Shown: positions 27,628 to 42,238, numbered from the stretch's first letter. The stretch: 64,000 bases of DNA from Octopus vulgaris (GCA_951406725.2 OX597819.1:87234001-87298000); one strand, 5' to 3'. Numbers and translations: made by a program. Notes: a model not told the origin generated them from the letters alone.

Positions 27628-28506
27628 ACACGCACACACACACACGGACTCACCTGATGTGGGTGATGGGTAAAGATTTAATTTTTGTTGTTTAAATCCC
27701 AGCAATGGATCACTGCATCATCAATGCACAAAATGTGTTTATGAGGAGAAAACTATTAAAAAACATCAATTTATATCAAAGTGAGAAAGAAACGAGCAAG
27801 GTATCAGATGGTCGGGAGATGTGCTAGAAACAACAGCTAAATATCCCTAAAATCACACACATTTTCGCCTGAAAATTTTTTGGAAGTTACAAACAGAAAT
27901 ATTGCAGGTTCTGATTGCCCACATTTTAAAACTATGATAAAAAATATTTCGAAGAAAAGCCGAAATTTTAGGATTTATGGGTGGGGTACTGGATTAATAA
28001 TTTTTTTTTTTCGCTATTGTTTTTAAAATAGTGTCTGAAAATATAGGAAGTGGGGATCACTGGTTTCCAGATTTTTTTTTATCACATTTCAATGCTTCTA
28101 TCATCATTTTAAGTGCGTGTTGCAAAAACAAAATTAGTTCAAATTGGTAATGAGTGCCGAACAGTTGATTGAAAAAATTTATAAATTAATAAATTTTGAA
28201 TTTCATTTTTTTTACCGAAAAGGCGTCTTCCATCGTTTTTAAATGCTTAGTACAAAATTGAAAAAAAATGGACAATAACGGTCCGGAAGATGGGAAGTGG
28301 TGGTCATAAACTTTCCAAATTTTTTTTAAGAAAAAGCCCCCCTCTCCTTCCCACTATCATTTCCAAGGGTGTAGTGAAAAAGAATTTGCAAAAATCTCGT
28401 CTAAACGGAGAATATCCAACTTATGTGGGTGTGCTATTCCGAAAATTATCCGACAACGATGGGATACTCAGCTAGTATATAATATACATATAATATATGT
28501 ATATAT

Positions 28507-28570
<64 letters not shown>

Positions 28571-28740
28571 ATGTATGTATATAGTTAATTTTTCCATTTT
28601 CACGCTGTCTTGAGTAACTCATTTTTGCGAGTTCTTTCGGCCAAAACAAAAGAAAATCGAAACAGCGACAACACGGCATGTATCACTTTTCAAACGAATA
28701 CTTAATATCTAATAAAAATGTTTGCTCACACACACATACG

Positions 28741-28781
<41 letters not shown>

Positions 28782-28824
28782 GCACGCACTCACACACGCA
28801 CGTTCGCACTCACATATAGTTACG

Positions 28825-28905
<81 letters not shown>

Positions 28906-29002
28906 AGTTAATCCAAACAAGAAAGCATAAAAAAACAACAACGCGAGGACGTGGAACAAATATAGCATTATTGGACGCTCAGGAAAGAAGGAAAGAAGGA
29001 GG

Positions 29003-29037
29003 GCTTAACGTTTCGAGCGGAGCTCTTCGTCGGAAAC
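29003..29037 (-). ncRNA. Minimal hammerhead-like motif within a Penelope-type terminal fragment (~28905-29115)
   Basis: Minus strand reads GUUU-CCGACGAA-GAGC ucc GCUC-GAAA-CG-UU-AAGC. It has the same architecture and the same downstream ttcctgagcg as 18887-18950. Confidence 0.6.
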
Positions 29038-29223
29038 ATAGGAGAAGGAAAGATCCAGAGAAGGGAAGACAGAGGGAAAAAAATCGCCAACGGTACACAC
29101 GAGGTCACATTTTGAAAGGTAGATAGGTAGATAGATAGATAATGTGGTTTTGGTCGTTTTGACTACTTCTAGCGTGTAAAACTGTGTGTTGAAGGCAGTT
29201 TCTCTTGTGTTTAAATGTACATT

Positions 29224-29296
<73 letters not shown>

Positions 29297-29446
29297 ATAT
29301 ATATAGGTACTGTAAGTTTAGAGGGAATACTTGATAAGTGCAAGCACCAGTATATGCCAAATAGAGGCAGAGGTGAGAGAATATATCAAACATAAACTGA
29401 AAACAGAACACAAAGGATATCGTGTTCTGTTTTCAATTTATGTTTG

Positions 29447-29512
<66 letters not shown>

Positions 29513-29554
29513 AATAGAAGGGATGTTTGTGTGAGAGATAGAATGAGTGAATGA

Positions 29555-29772
29555 GAGTACTCTTTTACTCTTTTACTTGCTCCAGGCATTTGACTGTGGC
29601 TATGCTGGAGCACCGCCTTTAGTCGAGCAAATCGATCCCAGGACTTGTTCTTTGTAAGCCTAGTACTTATTCTATCGGTGTCTTTTGCCGAACCGCTAAG
29701 TTACGGGGACGTAAACACACCAGTGTCGGTTGTCAAGCGATGTTGGGGGACGAACACAGACACACAAATATG

Positions 29773-29831
<59 letters not shown>

Positions 29832-29995
29832 GACGAGCTTCTTTCAGTTTCAGTCTACTAAATCCACTCACAAGGCTTTGGTCGGCCCGAGGCTATAGTA
29901 GAAGACACTTGCCCAAGGTGCCACGAAGTGGGACTGAACTCGGAATCATGTGGTTGGTAAGCAAACTACTTACCACGCAGCCACTCCTACGCCTT
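29555..29995 (-). mobile_element. tRNA-derived SINE (same family as 23483)
   Basis: Reverse complement of the head, core and tail. Confidence 0.85.
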
Positions 29996-30540
29996 TAAGG
30001 GAGGAACAAGAACAAAAGACTGCACAACGAAAGACAAAGTAAATTAAAAAGGTATGAATAAATTAGGTACAAGCTCAGTAATTAAAACCATTGTTCATTC
30101 TTAAATTACTGCTTAGTCAAGAGTTTAATTTCTCGATCATTCTTTTCCCGTGTTCTGATATAATTCAGTATATACCGATACGTTCTTTTTGCGTAAGGAA
30201 TATAATTAACATGAGATAAAGATATATTGGTTTCAAATGTTGGTACGAGGCAAGCAATTTCAGGAAAGGTGTTTAGGCTGATTTAACAGACTCTAGTATT
30301 CAAGTGCTATTTATTTTATTGCCCCGAAACGATAAAAGGTGGGGGGGGGTCAACCTCGGATGAAATTGAACTCAGAACTTGAAGACGGACAAAATGTTGC
30401 TAAACATTTTTGTCCGTCGTGCTTAGGATTCTGCCAGATCACCACCTTAACGTGATATAAAAATATGGAACAAACTAAACTATTCCTACATACATACATA
30501 CATACATACATACATACATACATACATACATGTGTGTGTA

Positions 30541-30609
<69 letters not shown>

Positions 30610-30834
30610 GTATATATATAAATATGTATATATACAAAGGGGTTTGTATGATTGTGTATAGAAGAATATATTACTCAAAGGAATTACAACTGTTTTTTGT
30701 TTTATTTGTATTCTTATAATATTAATATAGGATATAGAATATTGAATATATAGTAAGAAAGAAACGAAATGAAGTATTGATTGTCTTATTGAGCAAATGA
30801 AATATTGAAAATTAAATATCATGTCTATTCTCAT

Positions 30835-30877
30835 TGAACTAGTATACTTTCTTGCATTTAAGCATTCATCAGGTTCA
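30835..30877 (-). ncRNA. Compact 43-nt type-I hammerhead motif with intact core
   Basis: Minus strand reads UGAAC-CUGAUGA-AUGC uuaaau GCAA-GAAA-GUAUAC-UA-GUUCA. Stem I is a perfect 5 bp; the first stem II pair is an A-A mismatch. Confidence 0.75.
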
Positions 30878-30975
30878 GATTGTGACAGGAATGCTTATAC
30901 ATATGTGTATACATATGTATATATATTTGTATATATTTAAATATATATATACACACACATAGATGTGTGTGTGTT

Positions 30976-31064
<89 letters not shown>

Positions 31065-32700
31065 AGTTGGGTTAAGTCAAATGGTGTTTGTTTCTGCCCT
31101 TCTAATGTCTTAAAAAGATAGTGAAAGATAAGTACTTACATATATTATGTCATCCTCAAATCTTTTTTTAATGATATCTTGTATAGTTTCAATTTTAAAG
31201 TTGTCGAGTTTGTTTAAATTATCAAAGTCACTCATGGTGGATATATCATGAAAGTTCAACTGCTATAATATACGTTCTAAAACTTTCGAGAAAGAAAATT
31301 ATTACTTTGATATATCTGGTTGATATCGTAACTCGTTTCAAATCATTTTTCTTTATTTATTTGTTTGGTATGCTTTCTTTGTATGCATACCTACTCCACT
31401 TTTCATTGTTTGTTTCTTTTCGGCTTCTGCTTCTGTATTTATACCTGCTTGTAACCTCACCCTATTTCTCTTCGCCTCTTTCAGTATTTAACAAATTCAC
31501 CATGAATCCTGTCCGGTTTATAAACGTTTTATACATAACACACCCTTATATTATATTTTATATTCACCCAAAACAGTTGGCTGTGAATATGTTGGCTCTT
31601 GCGTGTTATGTCTAATCACTCCCATAGCATAACACCCTCTGAATTTTACCTTAACGAAATTTCAGTTTCTGTCTACCAAATCCCGAGGCTATAGTAGAAG
31701 ACACTTGCCCAAGGTGAACCCGGAACCATGTGGTTGGTAAGCAAGCTACTTACCACACAACCACTCCTAATTTTTATTAGGAGTGGCTGTGTGGTATATA
31801 CATACATACATACATACATACATGTATGTATGTATGTATACATATATATGTATATACATAAATTACATAAGTTTCTAACGAAATTTAATGAATTTATTTC
31901 TAGGAATATAGCATTTGCGAATCTAAAGCACCAATTGATGGTAATAACATAGTGTTAATATTCTTTTCTGCAATAGGCACAAGGCCTGAAAGTTTGGGGT
32001 GAGGGCGTATCGATTACATTGACCCCAGTGCTTGAAAACATACGAAATGTCTCTAGGCATTTTGCCCTGCCTACTAACGATTTTGTCAGCTCGCCACCTT
32101 ACTTGGAAATAATAATATTGGTTTCAAATTTTGGCACAAGGCCAGCAATTTCGGAGCCGGAGGTAAGTCGATTACATCGAACCCCACTTATCAACCGGTA
32201 CTTATTATATCGACCCCGAAAGGATGAAGGCAAAGTCGACCTCTATGGAAATTGAACTTAGAACATAAAGACGGACGAAATCACGAAATCACGCAGATCA
32301 TTTTGCCCTGCGTACTAAGGATTCTACCAACACCCCGCCTTAATTTCTCCCTCAATATTGACCTGTATGTCTAACAGTTAACAGTACAGTGTACATAGAA
32401 TACAGTATCTTGTACAGAGATTCCATAAGAAAAAAAATGCTCACTGATAGCCTAACCCAGCCGTCTGGAATCTACTCTAACTGTTAACATAGTAATTTCT
32501 AAAATTAGACAGAAGACAGCAAATTTATTAGAGAGGAAAAAGATAATCGATTGTATCACCCCTGCTTTTTGACAGATACTTAATTTTATTAACTCTGAAA
32601 GACCGAAGTGTTAAGTCTTGGTAGGGTTTGAACTCAAAAAGTAAAGGGACGCAACTAAATACCGCAAGGAATAAAAATAAAACAAAATAAATTATAAATA

Positions 32701-33062
32701 TAACAAGAGGAATCAGAGAGTGCAAACTTCCGCCAAAGCAACACCATCTTCCTCTCAAAGATTAGACAGAGGTGATTTATAAAATGAGAATATCTGAAAT
32801 AAACTCGACTGCTCTCACAAACGAGAATACTAAGAATGAACCCGACCGCTCTCAAAAGTTAAGTAAAAAAACAGAAAAAATAATCCAGAATCCTTGTCCG
32901 GTACCGGATCGATCACAAAATCTAATCAGTTCGTGCCAGTCACAAACATCTCAGGAAGTTTCATCCGCATCCATTCAGAGGTTCTTGAGATATCTTGTCC
33001 ACAGACAAACAAACAAACACGACTGAAAATAATACCTCTGCCTTCGCTAAGGCAGAGGTAAT
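32701..33062 (+). mobile_element. Non-autonomous Helentron/HINE-like element
   Basis: 3' hairpin acctctgcctt-cgct-aaggcagaggt after an (aaac)n tract, and a related subterminal motif acttccgcc near the 5' end. Confidence 0.5.
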
Positions 33063-33471
33063 AAAGCTTTAGGCATGTAGGAAAGAAAGATAAGATTGCA
33101 TAATGGTCATGCCTTTTTGAAAAGAATTAGAAGCCTAAGTCACAACAATTGGCTTCAAACGAAAATTCAGAGTAGATAATGGACTGCCAACAAAACTCGT
33201 TAGATATTAGTTTCTATTGAAGAAATACACACGCTGAATTTTAAGAAAGGAGATGAGAAAATTATGTTAATGCCTTTGTCGAGAAGAGTTATGAGCTAAC
33301 TGCGGCTCGCAGGACTTTCTGAAGGGCACTTCTAATGAAAATAATCTTTTTAGTAGTGCGGCCAGCCTGATGATGAGTCATGTTTCATGCGGCCCGCTTC
33401 TCAAAAAAGGTTGATCTAAGACATTAGCTATGTTAGTGCTATGAATTAATTTCAGTTGTTATTTGAAGCTA

Positions 33472-34376
33472 TTAGGCCATACCATAAATAATGCGCTTTT
33501 ATTATACTTCTTTTATTTTCAATATCAAGATAAACAAAGTTCTTTTTTTAATCTAAAATATAATCTCCTTCAATACTCTTCTACCTATTTGATAGACTTG
33601 CAAGGCCCCTCTTCCAAAATTCACTCGTCCGTGGCGAAAAATACTCCTCCATTACTTTTCTGACCTTGTCTACAGAATTCATATGTAATTCGTCCAAATA
33701 ATTTTAAAGACTGCGGAATAAATGATAATCAGATGAGGCAATGTCCGGTGAATATGGTAGGTGGAGCATCGTTTCCCACTCAAACTGCTCCAGCTTTTGA
33801 AATGTCATCCTCGCTGTATGTGGCCGAGCATTACTTGATGGAAGAACACTTTCCGTCTTTAAACCAAAGATGGTCGTTTTTCTTCCAGAGTTGACTTAAG
33901 TTGTTCAAGCTGCTCGCAGTAGATCTCCTTTGTTATCATTTGGGTTGCATTTAAAAGTTCAAAGTAGACTAAACCTTTCATATCCCACCAAACAGATAAC
34001 AACACCTTAAGTGGGTGAAGACTTTCTTTAGTCTGAGGTGCCGGTGTTTCTCTTTTCCCTACCCACTGTTTTCGGCGCTTGACATTTTTATAGAAAACCC
34101 ATTTCTCATCACCAGTCACTATTCAGTCCAAAAAGGTTCAATCATGAGACGTAACAGGAAAGAATATACAGAATATGCTCCTTTGTCACTTCCATTATAG
34201 CTTTGAAAAAATAACTGTTAAAATCGAACTGCACTCTTCAAAACTAGCACTAAGAGAAATAAAAGGTAAAATTACTACTTGCTTTTAAAGCAACTGATAC
34301 AGGTAGTTTATCCCGTTCCCCTCCGACTTTTGCTACATGCAATTGAAAAAACCGCATTATTCATGGGATGGCCCAA
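33472..34376 (-). mobile_element. Internally deleted mariner transposon with both TIRs and TA duplication
   Basis: TGDEKW, VWWDMKG and YSPDIASSDYHLF motifs. TIRs ttaggccataccataaataatgcg / cgcattattcatgggatggcccaa. Confidence 0.9.
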
Positions 34377-37300
34377 TACATTCCAATGTATCCATGGTAA
34401 TGAATAGCTCTATATTTTTTAGCATTCACCACGACTATCCTTGGAACGAATTTACGTATACAACACGTGCATGAACAGTTTTGTGTGTAATTAGTAAGAC
34501 ATGAAATTCTCAATATACTATTCTTTCTTTATAGGTCAATGACATTTTTATTAGTGTATTATTTTTGTTGTATCGCTTAAAATTATAAATTAAATACAGA
34601 AGATTACAAAACAGATCTAAGAATTGTAAAAAATAAAATCTTCCTATGAAATACCATGACTCCAAAACAAAATCATGCTACTTATGAAGTTACAAGATCA
34701 ACATATCGAGAATGAAATATAAACTGACCACCATAAATTTAAAATACATTTTTTTTTATCAACACTTAGGTTATATAAATGTCAAAATCTAGAAGGAAGT
34801 GACGCATGGAAAACACACCCTCGTAAAAGCACAAGGATATTCAGTAGGAATAATTTATTAGTTAGAATTTCCTAAAGTTAATATATGTATGGGTTTTTGT
34901 GTATGTGTGTGTCAGTGTGTGCGTGTCAGTGTGTGTGTGTGTGTGTGTGTGAGTGTGTCAGTGCGTGTATTTGTGTTGTGCGCGCGCGCGTATATTGGTA
35001 TGTGTGTGTGCATATATACACATATACCAACACACTAACACTGGCTGTCGACAGGTGATTGGAGCACAAACACAGACACAAAAACACACACAATAGATAC
35101 ACTCATACACATACAAACACACACGCACATACCCATACATATACGCCGTGGGAATGAACCCGGAACCATGTGCAGCCAACTGTATCTTTTTTTTAATATG
35201 TCGTGCTAACTAATAGTATATAGTATATATAATTTCAACTGATTTGCGTTTAGACTATTTCTAATATTAAATTGTATAGTTGTTTTTTTTTTTTAGAAAA
35301 GTGTCAAAAAGGAAGCTATTCACGTATGATGAAACCTGTATATGTATTTCTATTCACAATACTTATATGTAATTATTGTAGTCACTAATGAAGGGCGCAG
35401 TTCATAATAGCAGCCATAGATTAAATGTTCATGAACTATTGGTGCATTTAATGTGGCGTCTGGAGAATGGTTGATATTATCGAACAATAATTCAGGTTAA
35501 GCTGAAGGAAAACAAATTTGTAAGCCATTTTCAATCTTCAACTGAATTTAATTCAGTTAGTTCATTAAAAAGAACGTCAACTTCCATCAATTTTGTTACC
35601 CTTTTCTATAAATGGTTGATATTGTTTCTAGATAAAAGAAAAAAATAATCAAATTGAGTCTGTAAACCTGTAGTTTAGATAACTTTGAAAATGCATGAGA
35701 TAAAAGCTGACTCGATGAATTTAATAGAAATAATTATATACTTATTTCAAACCCAAAAATGAAATTAATTTTTTACATAAGCTGAGTGTCCTGGTATAAC
35801 ATTAGAAGAGTCTAATTTCTTCTTCATCAATCGTTCGCAACATAGTTGCGTTTCATCACGCTGCGCCATATGTCTTAGTCCCACAATAGCTTTGTTTGTT
35901 AGGTCCTCAGTTTCATGTTATGTACATAAGCCAATAATATTCATGTAGTTGAGTGATCTTCGCCTTCTGTTGATATCCAGGAGTATCATAAATACAACAC
36001 CTGGTATGATATAATGTTCAGTACGACAGTGGGGTGAGTCAATATATCATTTCTTTTGTCATGTTCTAACATCTTAAAATATTTGATTCCTTTATAGAAC
36101 CCTAGTACGCCTACTATCAGAACGATCTTGAAGCTCTTTTTTTTATAGTTCAGGTTTCGACTCCAAGATAAAGGTAAAAAGGACCAGGGTGGATTTGAAG
36201 AATGCAGTGCGCAGACAACAATCTTGATCCACTAGTAAAGGAAGTATTACAAGAAAACATCAAATCCTAGTTAAGAACTGAAGAATTTAACACCCTCCAG
36301 AATGAAAACAAAATACTGCCACTCGAGGAACTGTAAGAGAACGTTCCAACAAGTAAGATTCCTCGGGGAGGTGGGGGTCTACATTGTAGGGCAAGATATG
36401 GACCGACGTCTACGTGCCTGGTTTCAGATCTTCAGATTGATTTTTTGGTAAAACCGAGCTACTCTGAAGTGTATTTGACAACGATCCTTTCTTCAGCAGC
36501 AAGTAGCAGATCGGCTGCCGATCCAGGCTAGCCCATTTAGGTTTGAAAATGCCAAAAAAAGAAATTAAGAATGATAAAGACAACAAGTTTAATTAACATG
36601 CCAGCTAACATAAGTTCACTCTTCCACAAATATTTCTTTGACTTCTGTAACGAGACCTTTTTAGGAAACGGGTCTCTTTGAAATCTTCAATGATTTCACC
36701 TGCCTCAGAACTACAGAAGAATAACACATTCGAGGTTAGTCTAAAAAAATCTAACACTTTATTCTCTTGGATAGAATTCCCTCATAGTTATCACATCATA
36801 AGACAGAACCAATGAGGGTAGTCTCTCGTACTCTGAGAAAGACAGGTCTGCAATTTCTTGCTGAACAACCTGCACAAACGATTTGCTTATAGTGATCAAA
36901 TGTTTGTACCGTTCATTAGCTCACTCCTTTCATCAAATCGACGTTTCCTGAGTAGGTGCACCCTGTACTACCAAAGTGATCGCAGAGCACCACGCGATGA
37001 AGTGTTTTTCTGAAGAATGCAACGCACCACCCGGTCTAAGAATTGAAGCTACAACTGCCCGATCGTAAGTACAACACCCTAATTACTAGGCCGTGTGTCT
37101 TCACTATGGAATCAATATAACTTCCGCAAAAGCAGATCAATACATTGACCTTAAAAGAATCAGAAACTAAGTCAGAAACTCCTGGCGAAAGGTATTATTT
37201 GCATTTGTGGACTTCAATGGATTTGGAATGTCAACAGATAGGCCAAGTTACACGTCTTGCTAAATTGCCAAAACTATCATCATCATGTATGTAAACCCAT

Positions 37301-38639
37301 CAAGTTGTGTGCGAAGTACAGACTATTCAACTAAATTGTTTCCAGCAACAGCAAGGATTCTTTGAGATGAGACTCTAGCTTTTTTTATTTCATTGTTATG
37401 GTAGCCTGCACCCTCGAGTAGACTTCCTCACATCCAAGACATGGACCTCTCCAGAAACAGAAACAGAAGAGATTAAGGTGCCAGTAGAACCTATATCTTG
37501 CTGAACTTGACTACACTAAAGATTCTGCACTCAAAGCCAATCAACTGTATGAAGCGCAAGACTAATTATCTTCTTTCGAAAATATTGCAAAGTCCGTGAG
37601 TTTCTCAATGCAAAGAAGACTGAGTACATGACCACCAATGAAGATGAAGGCCACTCTCCAATTTAGTCCAACGATGATATCTGATTCTAGGAGATTAGTC
37701 ACTTCAAGTAACTATAGTTGTATGCTGCTGACTAAGAAAGACTTCTTGAAACGCAAGAGACAAGGCTAGGGTGCCTGTAACAGTCTTTACAACATCTAGC
37801 AATCAAGTAAATTTCATAGAAAATAAAGTTAATTTTCTTAGGGTGGGTGTAAAGAACATTTAATATTATTGACTTCTCACACTAACTTAGAGTGAATGAA
37901 ATAAACACCAGGACAGGCATGGTATTTTATTATCAACACAAGAGTAAAGTAGATCAATACTTTGACAATTACGGTATCTTAACAGCTAACAGGTTGATTT
38001 CTATTCTTTAATAGAACTGCATGCCCAAGGTAGCGGTCAGATGAAATAGATTTTGCTTATGTTAAATTAAAATAATTAGGATTTCGATTAGGATGACAAA
38101 ATCAGTAGAGCGCCGGAGAAAATACTATGCGTTATTGTACTTCTCTTTGCTTTTCAGCCTCCTAAAATGGATAAAATTAGAAAAAGTCGAGTTCGTAAGT
38201 TGGTTTGATGGGTCAACATTTCACTAACATTTTCGACTTATGACAATGTAAAAGATTGTTAGGATTGCGTTTGAATATTAGAACCATGGCATTTCTATGA
38301 TAGTGCTAGGTTATGATTCTAGAATCAGAGGCAATAACAAAAATTTGAAAACAGCTCTGTAAGACTGACTAGCTTTCAGTGTTCATTTCAACACCTCTTG
38401 TGGGAATATCTTGAAAAGGGTTTCACTCCTCCAATTTTATTTGCTCGACAACGAAAGGAAATATTCTTAGACAATGTAAGGTGATATGTTACCAGAAACA
38501 AAGAGAAATAGATTCAGAGAGTAAATAACAAGTGAAAGACAAACTGATTGAGTGAGGACGGTAAAAATAAGGTATATCAATCAAACTACTTCTCTTACAA
38601 TGATCAAATTACGTCAGTATAAAATTACATTGGGTAGCC

Positions 38640-39240
38640 GTTGGCAGGTGTTACTAGCCTATGCGCACTTTACTAAACCAGTCCCTGTTTTCGGCTCGTT
38701 CACCATATCGCTTTCGCTCTAACCACCAGATGTAAACAATCTTCTCTAACCTATTAAAGGAGGATAGCGGAACAATTTATCACGATGTACTCAGCTGATA
38801 ACGGAATCCTTTTCACTCACAACAGTAGCTGTTCGATATAGCTCCACAGACTTCTAGATATTATACATAGTAGTACCCCATTCGAAAGTACTCTAGAACA
38901 GATTAGTTATTTCGTTTCAGTAGATGCTCGGAGCTTCCTCGAGAACGTCGTTACTTTTCTCCGTCATCAATCATCTCTAGAGTTCTGGAGCTTTCACTAT
39001 TCACGTCTCTCGTTTGACATAGACCAATGAGCGTTCTACGACATTCTGGTTTCCAGGTGCCCAATTTCAGTTTTTGCTTGACTCAGGGACGAGCTGCGAT
39101 GAGATGTACCTGATCACCGGTTAGGTTCAACTTCCACTGTAGTGGCTCAAAAGCCAGCACGTACAGTAGAAATGACAAAGATACTCCTGACGGACCGAGT
39201 AAGCAATGCAATATATCGGTAGTGTAGATAATGAGGGAAG
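38640..39240 (-). mobile_element. Highly degenerate Tx1/L1-clade LINE fragment
   Basis: The minus strand has frameshifted TRSVRQ...LLYVLAFEPL (RT) and a stretch resembling 47315-47360. Confidence 0.5.
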
Positions 39241-39679
39241 GGACGACGGGCTCTGTGTGATGCTTTATGGGGACAGCACTTTTGTGTGACGAGAATCATG
39301 ATACCCCCTGCGAGAACAGACTGACCAAACTACTTCTAAATAGTAGCGGTCTAAGTGAGATGACAGAGGGTAGGCGTTAATCGCAGGGAGTCGTTTTAGT
39401 AGTTTGTCGGAATAACGTTTGTTGGTTCGTATATAGTTCGTGAAGAGTTTATTGGATTGTTACGTTGTTGTTACCCTGCTTCGTTATATATTTTATAGTT
39501 ACTACACAGTTATAGTGTAAAAAGGTAGAAAAGAAGAGTACATGACACAGTATTTGGTAAACAGCAAAGAGGACCCGCTAAAGTATACTGCCAATGCAGA
39601 AGAATTTATCAACAACTGAATTGAGAGTGCTAATGAATTCTGATCACCAATAACCAACGAGAGGTAAGAAACTCCACTC

Positions 39680-39795
39680 CGCATGGAATTACATGGTCAG
39701 TTTTACCGTGGAACTAACAGCTTAAAAGACCAGGAAGTGTCATGGACGTGGCTCGGCAAGGGTGACCTTAAAAGGAAGATTGAAAGTCTAGAATG
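39680..39795 (+). mobile_element. R4/Dong-like LINE remnant
   Basis: LHGQFYRGTN...SWTWLGKGDLKRKIES resembles the pre-CCHC region of RLE LINEs. Confidence 0.5.
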
Positions 39796-41318
39796 CGTGA
39801 ATTACCAATTAGTTAAAAAAATAAAGATCACTTTGTTATCATGATCTCTTGAGTTCTTGCGGGTTGACAGAAACTGGATAGAAACCAGCTAGGTGGATTG
39901 TTCTTATAATACGAAGGATAAATTTTACCTCTGTCACGCTTTTTCTGCCTTATAAATTTGCTAAGGCTATGCGCATCTGAGGAACACTCAGCCACATACA
40001 CATTAATTAAATGACCTGATTGTTCAGTTGATCAAGCAGCCTGAAAATTCACCGTCGAAAACGACGTAGATCCATTTTTAATTACAGGACTAACCCAACC
40101 AGGTAATGTTATAGAAATAACCTCCCTTAAATGAAGAGTTTTTATTTTGTTTTTGTTTTGTTTTTTCTTGTTTATTGGTGTGGTGCTTCTAAGTCTCTCC
40201 TTGCACTGCGACGACTTGTTTAATTTAAGTTGTTATTCCTGTTTTTCTAAATGCAACAGTTTTGAAAGACGGGCTAGAGCTATCGATACAGTTTTCTCTA
40301 CTGCCAACAAATAAAAAACGAATGCGTCATTTATTTATTGCTCTAAATAGTTTTCTAGTTATACAACATATATTACACCTCAGCATTCAATGCGCTGTTT
40401 CTATACTTCTTTTTAGTCGGTCCGCCCTTCCTTTTCTCTTTTTTTCTTTCTTTAGTGGAATATTAGTAAGTACACATGTAGTTTCATATCAGCTTAGTTG
40501 TTGCCATTGGGCATGCTCAGTCATGTGTACAAGAATGTTCTGAAGTATGCTTTGTTCAATTGACAGCAGAGGAACATGTAAACATCAGAGCAGTGATATT
40601 TAAATATCTAAAAGGTTTAACATTTGTCAGGGAATCTTATGATGACAACAGTATGTTGCTGTTGTTTATTTTATGTATCTTGGAAAATAAAGCAACTCTA
40701 CTGAAATTTGAACTTGTATTGAAGAAGACTGGATTTAGTGCAGTGTCCATAGTTTCAAAAGTTATTAAAACACGCACACACACATGTGTATGTGTGCGCG
40801 TGTAAAAATCTTTCGTTAGTATTAATTTCCAATTTCAGCACAAGGTTAGCAAGTTCAAGGGAGGGTGTAGGTCGGTTACATCGACCCCAGTGTTCAACAG
40901 GTACTTATGTTATTGAGCCTAAAAGGACGAACGGCAGAGCCTACCACGGGGGCATTTGAACTCAGAACGTAAAGACAACGAAATGCCGCGGATCTTTACC
41001 TTTTGACCGACAGATTTTTAAAATAATTTTTTGTAACTAAACACTTTCAAACTTCGGACACTTGTAGAATGTGTCATATATAAACATATTTTACTCTTAG
41101 CATCTTTGAGAAAAACTTATATTTACGAAGTTATTTCATTTTAAAGTTGTTGTATTTCGGTAATTTCAACCAATCAATGACGTGTATTCAGCTGAATAAA
41201 ATTACTGCCGTTGTTTGTCAACAACTATTGGCGGTGTATTTTTCGTTTGTCACTGTTATTTATGACATCGTTCGGGCGTTTGTACTTGTTTTAGCTTTAA
41301 GGTTTAAGGGTTAGGGTT

Positions 41319-41836
41319 CCCTAATCCTCGGAAACTTCCAGGAAGTACCATAATCCTCGGAACTTTCCAGGAAATATCTTATCCTCGGAACTTTCTAGGA
41401 AGTAATTTACCATAATCCTCAGAATTTTCCATGAAATACCCTAATCCTCGGAAATTTCCAGAAAATGCCCTAAGCCTCGGAACTTTCAAGGAAGTAATTT
41501 TCCCTAGCCTCGGAACTTTCCAATAAAGATTTTAACGTAATCCTCGGAACTTTCCATGAAATACCTAATCCTCGGAACTTCTCCAGGAAGTAATTTACCG
41601 TCATCCTCGGAACTTTCTCGGATGAAATTTTCGCCAATCATCAGAACTTTCCGGGTACTCTAACCCTCGGAACTTTCCAAGAAGTTCCATAATCCTTGGA
41701 ACTTTCCAGGAAGTACCATAATCCTTAGAACTTTCCAGGAAGTAATTTTCTGTAATCCTCGGAAGTTTCCAGGAAGTACCCTCTACCTCGGAACTTTCCA
41801 GGAAATACCCTAATCCTCGGAACTTTCCATGAAGTT
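41319..41836. repeat. Minisatellite, ~29-33-bp unit (taatcctcggaactttccaggaagtacc), ~17 copies
   Basis: Read directly from the sequence; preceded by ttaagg/ttaggg-like repeats. Confidence 0.9.
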
Positions 41837-42238
41837 TTGAATGCCAGCCATGATGAGTCTACTATCCTCAGATTCTATCCCTTCAAACTTTGGTTTCCAA
41901 TATTTTAAAATTTTTATTCAGCTCGCAAGTTCGTCTGTCCCTTTTAAATGTTAGTGTTTTGCTCTCCGCCTTGAAGCAGACCTTCCCGTTGTCGCTGCCT
42001 GATATTTATGATTGATCTTTCAAAATATTTTCTTTTTCAACTTACTCAAGATCTTTTGTTCTTTATAAATGGGAGAGAGATAGATAAAGATAGAGAGTAA
42101 GAGAAAGCGAGGGAGAGTCCGAGAGAAAGGAAGAGTAAGAGAGGGTGAAAATGGGAGAGAAAGGATAGAGAAACAAAGAGGGAGAATGTGGCGATAAGAA
42201 ACAGAAAGGAAGCAACAGAAAGTAACAACCACACCCGC

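Noticed and set aside
41295-41320. ttaggg-like telomeric motif
   Set aside because: Only one to three degenerate units inside a dispersed repeat; not an interstitial telomere array.
41319-41836. CRISPR-like appearance of a ~30-bp repeat with internal palindrome
   Set aside because: The units are directly adjacent with no unique spacers, no cas genes are present, and the context is eukaryotic.
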